Part shown: positions 1 to 8,349 of the stretch, piece after piece
Layout of the letters: each line of letters opens with the position of its first letter
Numbering within the stretch: the stretch's first letter is position 1
NCBI GenBank assembly: GCA_051530055.1
Contig: JBMGUZ010000072.1
Coordinates: forward strand, 1-13,866
DNA length: 13,866 nt
Direction of reading: 5' to 3'
From: Neoechinorhynchus agilis
Taxonomy: Eukaryota > Animalia > Acanthocephala
Notes under the pieces: generated by a model
What the model saw: the letters and a program-made list of their open reading frames with translations, nothing else
Told to the model about the DNA's origin: nothing
Database searches by the model: none
Made by a program: the position numbers and the translations under genes

Positions 1-64
1 TCCAAATTGCTTGTGTCCCACCATTCCTGGACCGCTACTAGAAATTCGTCCGACAAAACAGAAC

Positions 65-600
65 AAATATGCGCCAAAAATTAACTCAGTTGTCCGTGGA
101 TGTTAATTTTTTCGATTAAAAGGTCGACTAGTCGACAAAGATGAGTAGCAAGGAAGTGGCCTGCATCTCCAACTGAGAACGACATCATATCCTTAAGGTG
201 CTGAGGATGAAGCCCATCGAGGCCTCTCAGTTCAACTGTCGAAGTGGAGTGTCTTGGATGGACGGAATATGAGGAATTTCCGTTTGGGTTGAACTTTGTG
301 AATGCTTCAACTTTAAACCCTGAAGTGTTGAAGGCGAATCACTTGCAAATGTATCAGAGGAGGACAAAATGCGAACGGCTCTCCGAACATCTCCACCAGC
401 GAGTTTTGAAGATACCTCTCCGCAAGCGGTCTCGTAGATGTTCGATGGCAGTTAATCTCGTTCACACATTGTTTGGAATCCTCCTTTGCTAAACGACGAA
501 TTCTCAAGAAACTTTCCTCAAAGAAAACGAGGCGTCTTTTAATTACCGAAGTGAGGGACTCTCTGAATTTTGATCGAAGCAGTCCAGCAGGAGTGTGGCA
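65..600 (-). mobile_element. Decayed CRE-clade non-LTR retrotransposon fragment (region just upstream of and entering the RT domain), with frameshifts and stops
   Basis: Manual translation across shifting frames gives, in order: SLTSVIKRRL (~529-560), KLAGGDVRRAVRILSSSDTFASDSPSTLQGLKLKH (~300-415), GLDGLHPQHLKDMMSFSVGDAGHFLATHLCRLVDLL (~112-224) and ELIFGAYL (~65-90). These resemble the pre-RT motifs I recall for CRE-type elements (GDVRGAVRLL, GPDGLRPQHLKD, FFGA). They are also colinear with the + strand fragment at 7375-7877. Boundaries are approximate. Confidence 0.75.
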
Positions 601-763
601 GTTGCTAAGCATCGTTAAAGCTCCTAAATCTAGACAAAGTTCGCGATAGAAATAGAGTTTAAAGTTCGACAAACCGAAAAAAGAATTTATTCTCTAGGCT
701 AAAAACAACCATAAAAATCTTATTAGCATTGGATTTGGCCCTGGATTTCGTTTCTTCGTAAAA

Positions 764-2493
764 TTATTGTTCATCGTCGCCAGAATCATCACTTTCTTGG
801 TGTTCAAGATGCTCATCTTGACCTCCCGATGCTTTTGAGACACAAGGAGGGCAAATCCATTTGAAGCCGATAACATCGTCGGCCAATGGATCCAATGGTG
901 GATTTAAGCATGCTTTATCGAATTTCTTATGGCACGTCGAACATTCCATTTGAAATGATCGCCAGTTGCTCTTTTTGCAAATCTCGCAAGGCTCATTGAT
1001 TGATTGTGATATCTTGGCTACTTCCTCGTTGCCACCATTATTGGCGATCAATATTTGTCGTCGTGTAGCATAACCAATGCGCGATTGATCTTCGAATCGG
1101 ATATCGCACAATTGTAAAACTTCGTTAATAATCATCGCAGCTGCCTGAGTTTCTCTGTATCGATTTACGAAATCGGACGTTTTCTCGGACTCATAAAGTA
1201 GTCTGGCAAGCAGATCCATCGAATCATCGAGTTCTGATTGCAACTCAGCGATCTGTTCTTCACGTCGAACAACATAATCGTAGTATTGATCGGAAATGGA
1301 AGGGAAAACTCGCATGCCGTCTTCAAGATCGTCGCATGAAATCATTTCTTCGTACTCCACAAGACGGCGTTTACGGGTTTTCGCAAGAAATACAGATTCA
1401 ACGAGGTCTCTTGTTCTGTTTATTCTACATGGATTTCCATCTTCGATTACATTGTGATTCACGATCAATTTGCTGGACTCGTTTTGAACTTCTTTGATTC
1501 TAAAGGCCAGATTTGCGTTGATCTCATTAACTGCAATTCGTCGCTTTCTCGATTCTAGTTTTTCGGCATGGACCATGCAATTACTTTCCGGTTCATCGTG
1601 CTTAATAGAAATAAATCAATAAAAAATGATTTCTCAATAAAAAAACGACATACTATTTTACTAGGCATTCCAATAAGGCCGCGTTGATATCCGCAGGTTA
1701 CATGAAAAGCCGTCTTACACGTCCCAGATTCACAGCGAACCCGAACTCCGGACGATTCTACTTGCTGATCGGTGCAGTATTTACATGGCTAAAAGAAAAA
1801 TTGCTTAAAAGTACAACGAAAGTGAAGGTCACCGACCGGCTGAGTATATTGCGAATTTGGAATTGAGTCTAAATCAATATAGCCAATTGATCGAAGTTGG
1901 GATTGTGTGAGGTGTTGGATGAATATGGCGCAAATTAGATGGCAATATCTAATTTTAGGGAAATTAGTCGCTTTTATTATTTGAAAAAAAGCTCACCTCT
2001 TAGTATTAGTTCGCTTCAGGACTCCAGAATTCTCATTGGGGCATAATTCACAATGAGGACGGAGATTTCCATCTTTGCAAGGATCACACAACCATGTTTT
2101 TGTTCCCATTGATTCCTCGGAAACACCATAGCAGAATTTATGAACATTTTTTGAGCATTTTGAACATTTGAGGATGGGATTTATACTTGAACTTAAATTA
2201 GAGTTTAAATGTAAAGTGTAAAATCATTGAACGAACCTCGAAGAAGTAAGACAGATTCCACACGAATCCTTACTTGATTTTACACGAGAAGATGAAGATT
2301 TTGGAGTGCTTAAATCGTCACTTTGGCCAGAATCGCTCCGTGAGTCCGAATAGAAACTCATCGAGTCACAAGTTTCCTGCTGGTATTCTTCGTCATCGGA
2401 ACTGATGTTTGAAATGTTCAATTCGACGGGGTTTCTTTTAAAAGCGGCCAGTCGTTTTGGGCGCTTGGCTGAAGAAGGAGAAATGTCGGACAT
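764..2493 (-). CDS. PHF14: PHF14-like chromatin reader, 511 aa: acidic Ser-rich N-terminus, PZP module (PHD - Zn knuckle - atypical PHD), coiled coil, C-terminal PHD. Exons 2493-2237, 2191-1997, 1948-1837, 1788-1654, 1600-764.
   Basis: Four GT-AG introns (45, 48, 48 and 53 nt) join an uninterrupted 1536-nt frame. It encodes CGIC..CSKC-x4-H-KFC..WLCDPC (PHD1), CELCP..GVLKRT..YCHLIC (knuckle), CKYC..CESGTC-x4-HVTC..CMVH (C4HC2H PHD2), YYDYVVRREEQIAELQSEL (coiled coil) and CEIC..CSTC..CLNPPL..WICPPC. PZP + coiled coil + a CL(D/N)PPL-type PHD is the PHF14 arrangement. AATAAA lies at 686-691 (minus). Orthology is from motif recall, not a search. Confidence 0.85.
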
Positions 2494-2691
2494 TTTTGTC
2501 GTTGGAGAATAGACTTTTTAATGATTAAAGGGATAACTCAAATCTGAAATTCGTTAGCCAGTGCGAATCTTTGGCAAATTTCAAAGCGTTTTGCAATCGA
2601 ATAGAGATCTTCAAATAAAAATGGAGACTGTCAAAATGGGGTTTTGTCTACGATTTGTGCTTCTGATCGAGATTTTCTTTGCTTATTTACC

Positions 2692-3450
2692 ATGGACGAA
2701 ATAGTGGTGCTTTAAAAAATAGGATAAGAATTACAGCGAATTTTTATTTAGAAAAAAAACAGTCAGTGAGTAGATAAGAGTTTTCCGTGCTATCGAGTAA
2801 TACAAGAAATGATTATAGATTTCCGATCACTACGACTTTAAGCCAATTAACAGCAATTCTTAAAAACGCTCTCGAATTTGGCATCGGTGACACTTTAGAA
2901 GGCTTTCTCAATGGATTTCGTATCCGAGGCAGGAATTTTTATCTTCAATGATTCCGTGCCATAGAAATTATCACGTTTCTCAAGTATTGGAATGAATAAA
3001 AACGATCAGAATGCGTGGTGCAATGATCTCTTTACGGCTCCAAATTCCGCTCACCTCAATTTTCCACTAGCGTTCAATCTCACATTTACAATGTTCACGA
3101 GATCAAAATGATAAACGCCATGCCAATAAAGAGAAACCACGTAATCGTCAAATTATCCTTGAAACGAACGGAAAATATCCAAGTTACTCTAAGAATTTAC
3201 AAATCCTTTGTTTTTTTGAATAATTTGTTCATCAATACATTTACGAGCTGTATTCTTGCTTTGACAACGATGTTCAAAACGTTTGTAAGATTTATTCCAT
3301 TTTGCAACAATTTAAAAACGAGAGACCATTTGAATGAAGAAGTGAGACGATTTTCTGAGGTCCAATGATGTTATTTATGAAATTATTTCGTCCAAAGTGA
3401 ATTGCTCAATCGTTTTCGAAACACATTCTTTGGTGCTGTAATTTTCATTG
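2692..3450 (+). CDS. Possible multi-exon gene of unknown function; model not resolved
   Basis: Candidate introns of 45-53 nt (one with a GTGAGT donor at ~2766) can join MDEIV-KKNSQ-FPITTTLSQLTAILKNALEFGIGDTLEGFLNGF. Further short open frames run to ~3450, including ORF 3108-3368 and a GTAAGA donor at ~3285. I found no single consistent frame beyond ~2930 and no recognisable domain. Confidence 0.2.
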
Positions 3451-4054
3451 GCATGATCGTTATTTGAAAAATCTCTCGACTTTTCTATGACTTGTATTCC
3501 ACTCACATTTTCTACCGTTGAAATCACTGTCAATAATCAAGAGAAAAAAATGGAGTTTTATTAGTTATCCTGAATTGGAATCGGCTATTTCTTAGTTCCT
3601 TATTTATATAAATGGCTTTTTCAAATAATTGGCCGATTAATGCTGATTTTCTGCGGCTTTAAGCATTGCTTTTTTCAGCTTGTTTCCGCTAAATAGTCAA
3701 TACGAATCGGAGAATTTGATTTTAATGTGCTAAAAATTAATACGCTTAATTTTGCAATTTTTGCCTTAGTCGTGAATTTTTATTGTGACTCAAAATTTAA
3801 CAACAAATCTTTTCGAGTCGACAATCGTCTACAACTTTGCGTAGTGCTTTAAGATAATATAAAAGCTCAAACAAAACTTTGATGCAGTTCTCGTTTAAAA
3901 CGGATTCCTGCCATGCATGCAACTTTGTGATCGAATTGGTCGCTGCGGACTAATTGAAATAAACTTTTTCATAGCTTATAAGAAATTTGTTTTTATCCGC
4001 CAGAATGTTGTAGTGATTTGGCGCTGCTGAACTTTGAGTAACTCGCTGTGTCAG

Positions 4055-4690
4055 AAGATAGAGATCCCTCCATCGCTACATTGTCGCCATTCTGTCCACA
4101 ATGAGATTGCAATCAGAATTGGCCATCGATTTGGGTTGCCCAAAGTGAAGAATCGGGAATTTATTCGCTTCTTGACTACAATGTGAGTATTGGCCTCGGC
4201 GTCTTAACTTGATCCAACAACCACACTGAGCGCCATTGGGATTTTAGCCGGCAAAACTAAATACTTGGTTATTCTCCAGTTTGTTCCTGAGACAATCTTA
4301 AGAACCTTGATTTTTGATAATCTTTTATCAAATTCAAGTAGTTACGAAACACATCGATGTTACCTTGGACCATCTTAGCGTCACAAACGAAATGGGAAAT
4401 TTTAATGGTTTGGACGTTTAAAAACAAAATAGAGCGATTTATTGGTCACAAATTGAGCGATTAATCAATTTACTGCTTCGTTTTAAAAGTACGAATGTTA
4501 AATTCCCATTTCAAAGCAATTTCTTAATCGCAAGTGCAAACTAATAAAGTTTCTTTGCTCAAGAGATACCGAATGGACGGGTAAATTGGGATTTCATTGA
4601 ATATTTCATAGTGATATCATCCTAAGAATGAACGATAAACCTGATGCTTGGATAGGAACTTTAATAAAAGCAAATCCACCAAAACAATAT
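4055..4690 (+). CDS. Candidate multi-exon gene of unknown function (5' and 3' ends unresolved; runs into the 212-bp duplication)
   Basis: Introns 4183-4230 (GTGAGT..GAG, 48 nt), 4489-4534 (GTACGA..CAAG, 46 nt) and 4581-4626 (GTAAAT..TAAG, 46 nt) each remove stops and keep the frame. The product reads KIEIPPSLHCRHSVHNEIAIRIGHRFGLPKVKNREFIRFLTTIAIGILAGKTKYL...AIYWSQIERLINLLLRFKMQTNKVSLLKRYRMDGMNDKPDAWIGTLIKANPPKQY. Junctions between 4268 and 4432 are ambiguous. No domain recognised. Confidence 0.4.
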
Positions 4691-5078
4691 GTTAAAATTT
4701 ATTTGCATTTGGACAATGCTTTTGTTCATATCTTTTAGGCGTTATTCATCAGGGCGTTTTTTAGCATACAATTCACATTGACCGCAATCGAGATTATTTT
4801 ATGAGATTTACAAAGTATTTTCTGCACGTAAAGTCCTGATGCTCACGTTTAGGCTAGTAAATCTTAGGAACTTTAATAAAAGCAAATCCACCAAAACAAT
4901 ATGTTAAATTTTATTTGCATTTGAACAATGCTTTTGTTCATATCTTTTAGACGTTATTCATCAGGGCGTTTTTTAGCAGACAATTCGCATTGACCGCAAT
5001 CGAGATTATTTTATGAGATTTACAAAGTATTTTCTGCACGGAAAGTCCTGATGCTCACGTTTAGGCTAGTAAATCTTA
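4653..5078. repeat. Direct tandem duplication, 2 x 212 bp (4653-4864 and 4865-5076)
   Basis: Aligned by eye: the same unit starts taggaactttaataaaagc in both copies, with 6 substitutions and no indels (~97% identity). Confidence 0.97.
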
Positions 5079-5689
5079 AAACGAAAGTTTTAATTCAAAC
5101 TAGAATTTAAATGATTTTTCCAACGGAGTATCGTATCCGTTTGAAGATTTTAAAATTTATTGTCTTGCAAAATAAGGTAATCTGATGAGCCTTGAGCAAT
5201 CTTCTTGTAAAACTACCTTTATTTCCGAGAAAAAGAATTTGCGATCATTTCTATATTCGAAAATCGTTCGAATTAATGGAAAAAATAGTTCCTGATAAGA
5301 GGCGTTTGCTGAGTTTGTATCACGTTTCGATCGATTCAATCCTCCGAAAATGAGTATTTAGTTCAAGCGAAAGATCGACGTTGAACTTTTCTTTTATGGC
5401 CCTTCTTTTTGTCTGTAGCGAGTACAATTTCTTCATTCACCAAATATTACTGAATAGAAAAATTAGGAACCTTAATTTAAAAGTCAAGCCTGAAATCAGC
5501 TATTTTTCTCTACTTATAAACTTTTTGCCGCCATATTAAACTTTGGCGCAACTATAAGATTTAATGAAATGAAACTCTTTTTCGTTAAAATTGTAAGGGT
5601 CCCAAAAATCTCAATTTCTGTACTATTACTAACGTTGGGGCGATTGATCCAGCGAAAAATCAATGAATAATAAGAAAAACCTAGAATAT

Positions 5690-6706
5690 TTAGGACACTT
5701 CATCAATCAGAATTTCTTTGATACGTTTTCCTTGCCATAATTTATGTTCCTTTAATCCCAGGAGATAAAATACCGTCGGCAAAATATCGCCACCGCTGAC
5801 CCAGTTCTGGATAATGTAATTCTCCTTCACTCCGGCACCAGCAAACATTACCGGAATCCTCAATGTCTGATCGGATGTCTTTGAATGACCAAACTCTTCA
5901 CCGCCATGGTCCGAGGAAAGGACAATGAGCGTTTGGGAAGAGTCGATTTCATCGAGAATTAACCCCAGTGAGTCGTCCACTCTTTTAAGAGCTTCGAGAT
6001 ATTCTTGAGAACACCAGCCATGCGAATGACCAGCGGCATCGACTTCATTGAAATATTCTCGAGTAGGTATCGAAAAGGAAGCCTTCGAAACCTTCTCGGC
6101 ATAAATGAACGAATAAGATAACGGAATTTGTTTATCATTCATTACAGTCTTAAGAAACCTCACAGCATTTGTGGCAATCTCCAAACTGTGATCTTTGCAT
6201 TTCTCCGATCGATCGCTATAGAATTCCCAATCAATGCTTCCTTTGATCGATTCGCTTCCCAGATACTTAAACCACGGCCAATCATATATCAAAGCTGTTT
6301 TAGCTTTGGGATTGGCTTGTTTTAGAACTCGAAATGCAGTAGGCAAATAACCGCCATCATCGAGTACTGAACTCACCAAATTAGAATGATTGAACGGTGG
6401 CCAAGGTGGAATCCAGGAATTATCGAGCATTCCGGTTCGCTCCACGTTCATTGAACACAACTGAAGCGCCCAGCACGGAGCGCTATAAGTTATTGGAGAT
6501 GTGAGCCCCTTCTCAAGGGTCAAGGATCCTCGTCGTCCGATTCGGTGCATTATATTGTCCGGTTTGTTTTGACCAATATCCAAGCAATTCGGTTTGAGGC
6601 CATCAATTCCGATGTGAAGAACGTGTTTGATTTTAGTAGAGTTTGGCATCGCGCAGGAGCAAGCGATAAGCAATTCCACTACGCCGAGGAGGAGGAAATT
6701 CTTCAT
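5690..6706 (-). CDS. Secreted alkaline-phosphatase-superfamily protein (type I phosphodiesterase / nucleotide pyrophosphatase-like), 338 aa, intronless
   Basis: Hydrophobic signal-peptide-like N-terminus MKNFLLLGVVELLIACSCA. The first ATG is at 6706; the track start at 6709 is GTG. Metal-ligand motifs occur in canonical order: VLHIGIDGL, TYSAPCW (candidate Ser nucleophile), EVDAAGH, LSSDHGG, FGH, then LRIPVMFAGAGV and the C-terminal DILPTVFYLLG..WQGK. Confidence 0.9.
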   Translation of the reverse strand: MKNFLLLGVVELLIACSCAMPNSTKIKHVLHIGIDGLKPNCLDIGQNKPDNIMHRIGRRGSLTLEKGLTSPITYSAPCWALQLCSMNVERTGMLDNSWIPPWPPFNHSNLVSSVLDDGGYLPTAFRVLKQANPKAKTALIYDWPWFKYLGSESIKGSIDWEFYSDRSEKCKDHSLEIATNAVRFLKTVMNDKQIPLSYSFIYAEKVSKASFSIPTREYFNEVDAAGHSHGWCSQEYLEALKRVDDSLGLILDEIDSSQTLIVLSSDHGGEEFGHSKTSDQTLRIPVMFAGAGVKENYIIQNWVSGGDILPTVFYLLGLKEHKLWQGKRIKEILIDEVS

Positions 6707-7049
6707 CACGAATCAGCGATGAGAGGAATTCGCAAACGCAAGAAGTCTTATATTTTATTGTAAATCGTGAAATTTGGGATATAATAAAGTATCCGAATTT
6801 ATGTGCGCGTCGAAATGGGCGAAGGATAGGTTGTTGGGATCAGAAAATTACTGGCACTTTCGCAATTAAGCTTTGATTTTAAAATCGTGTTTCGTGAATT
6901 GCGATGATTGGGTGCACTTTGTTTATTTAAAAAATGCCACATAGACACGTTTTAAAAATTAATTTAACAACAATCAGAGGCATAAGAACAAGACTGAGTG
7001 TCGGATTGATCTCAAATTCCTCAGTCTTTTCCTGTTGCTGTCAAGACTT

Positions 7050-7352
7050 GTTTGGCCTCTTAACAACATCTTATTACTCTGACCGCTATATTCGAATCCA
7101 CTGTCAGGCATTTGGCTGGTGGATAAAGGCCACATTGTTGTACTCGCTTTCCAATTCGATTCTAAAACTAATATCAATAATCCGTAGTTCTCAACTCCAG
7201 GGCTAAATCGAGGTATTTCGCCGTTTTCCTTCCACAGCGCTCGCTGCACCTCCAGCTCGAACCGCCGAGAACTTGAGATTGCTGGCTTCGAGTTTGTGGA
7301 CACAAGTGGCGTCCTAGAGGAGGCATTTACCCTCCAGCCACGGAAATGTGGT
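7050..7352 (-). mobile_element. CRE-clade retrotransposon relic: distal half of the restriction-like endonuclease (RLE) domain
   Basis: The minus strand reads FPWLEGKCLL*DATCVHKLEASNLKFSAVRAGGAASAVEGKRR. This matches PW..GK.L.WDATC..TLA.S....S...AG.AA..AE..K..KY, with the conserved W mutated to TAG at 7314-7316. After frameshifts come KYLDL, F*NRIGKRV and IAV remnants of the C-terminal helix. Confidence 0.85.
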
Positions 7353-7374
7353 GACTGTCTCGAGTATGTTTTAA

Positions 7375-7877
7375 ATGCCCAGCTTTCGCATTCAATCATC
7401 CACCAACGAATTCGCAAGCGATGATACGAAAACTATCCAACTTCTCAGAGAGACATATCCTCGACCCACTGGTCATCTAGAATATTCGGAGATGATCCCC
7501 TCGTGCACCCCGTTAGAGTTTTCGGTTGATGTTGTTAAGAAAGCCGTTTCTTCGTTCGCAAATGGGTCAGCCGATGGGATCGACGGGCTTCCGTAGGTGA
7601 TCCATCCAATGTTCTCCTGAACGCCTTGACTCGGTTAGTCGACGTTTTCTCTGGAGACAACCTGTCCCCCCAAGCGATCGAATTGTTTTTTTGCGCTTCC
7701 CTCCGCGCTTTAGAAAAGAAGGACGGTGGGATTCGTCCCATCGCGATTGGCTCTACATTGAGACGACCAGCAGGGAAAGTGATTTCTAGGCGAGTCTCAA
7801 AAGGTGTTGCTGAAATTCTTTGTCCAGTTCAACTAGACTGCTGCACTCCTTGTGGGCGCGGAAGCCATAGTCCACGA
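7375..7877 (+). mobile_element. CRE-clade retrotransposon relic: pre-RT region and start of RT, inverted relative to the flanking RLE halves
   Basis: Reads RIQSSTNEFASDDTKTIQLLRETYP..VKKAVSSFANGSADGIDGL, then a deletion with frameshift, then VGDPSNVLLNALTRLVDV..IELFFCASLRALEKKDGGIRPIAIGSTLRRPAGK..PVQLDCCTPCG, then after another frameshift AEAIVH. KKDGGIRPIAIG.TLRR and QLG.G.P.G.EA.VH are CRE-type RT motifs. Weak similarity may continue to ~7965. Confidence 0.88.
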
Positions 7878-8027
7878 ACAAATACAAAGGATTTCATTGG
7901 AGACGAATTTAAATTTAAAATGATGATCATGAAAGTGTTCATAGAGCGAATGCGAAATGCTTATTTTACTTTAAAGCTTTCCTTGAGCACCTTCTTTATC
8001 CGTCATCATTTTGAGATTCAATTCGTT

Positions 8028-8222
8028 TCCAGCCACGGAAATACGGTTTCCCCATCAGGTCTACGCCGGTCGTCCCTACAGAAGTTAACAGGTTCCAAAA
8101 TATTTTGGAACCCGCCTACAGAAGTTGACAGGTTCCAAAATATTTAGGGTATTTGAGGCGTAACAAGTGCCCGGCTCAGCACCATGTTAATTTCGGAATG
8201 TCTATTTAAAGAATTTACAACC
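8028..8222 (-). mobile_element. CRE-clade retrotransposon relic: proximal half of the RLE domain, including the catalytic PD motif
   Basis: The minus strand reads RHSEINMVLSRALVTPQIP, then after a frameshift NILEPVNFCRDDRRRPDGETVFPWLE. This matches RH..LN.II.RAL..A.IP..LEP.GL.R.DGKRPDG.T..PW. The RPDG codons are at 8051-8062. Confidence 0.85.
8075..8145. repeat. 31-bp direct repeat with a 40-bp period, enclosing a perfect 22-bp palindrome
   Basis: cctacagaagtt(a/g)acaggttccaaaatattt occurs at 8075-8105 and 8115-8145. The palindrome ggttccaaaatattttggaacc is at 8091-8112. Confidence 0.95.
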
Positions 8223-8349
8223 TTCGATGGTAGTACTCGAAATGTTATCGTTTGAAATATGACTTTTTAGTATAAAGATGGTCGATAAAGTATTTGTCCC
8301 TAGTCAAAAGATTTTATATCTATTTTTATGCATTTAAGAATTACAGAAA

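Noticed and set aside
123-136. Perfect 14-bp palindrome gtcgactagtcgac
   Set aside because: It falls on the RLVD codons of the CRE relic, which are also conserved in the other copy, so it is probably coincidental.
244-672. ORFs 244-492 (+) and 313-672 (-) as host genes
   Set aside because: They are antisense or partly in-frame pieces of the decayed CRE fragment.
4313-4332. 8-bp AT-rich hairpin tttgataa-tctt-ttatcaaa
   Set aside because: Such stems are expected by chance in AT-rich DNA, and nothing else supports a function.
6128-6763. Plus-strand ORFs 6128-6325 and 6545-6763 (likewise 694-876, 1684-1866, 7535-7741, 11031-11246, 12247-12558, 13538-13813)
   Set aside because: They are antisense or alternate-frame shadows of better-supported genes or elements, with no motifs of their own.
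6974-7417. 147-aa minus-strand ORF as a real gene
   Set aside because: It overlaps the RLE relic in a different frame and the inverted RT fragment. The conserved motifs lie in other, broken frames.
8075-8145. CRISPR-like repeat-spacer or MITE terminal repeat
   Set aside because: There are only two units with a 9-nt spacer in a eukaryotic context, and the unit translates as part of the RLE domain.
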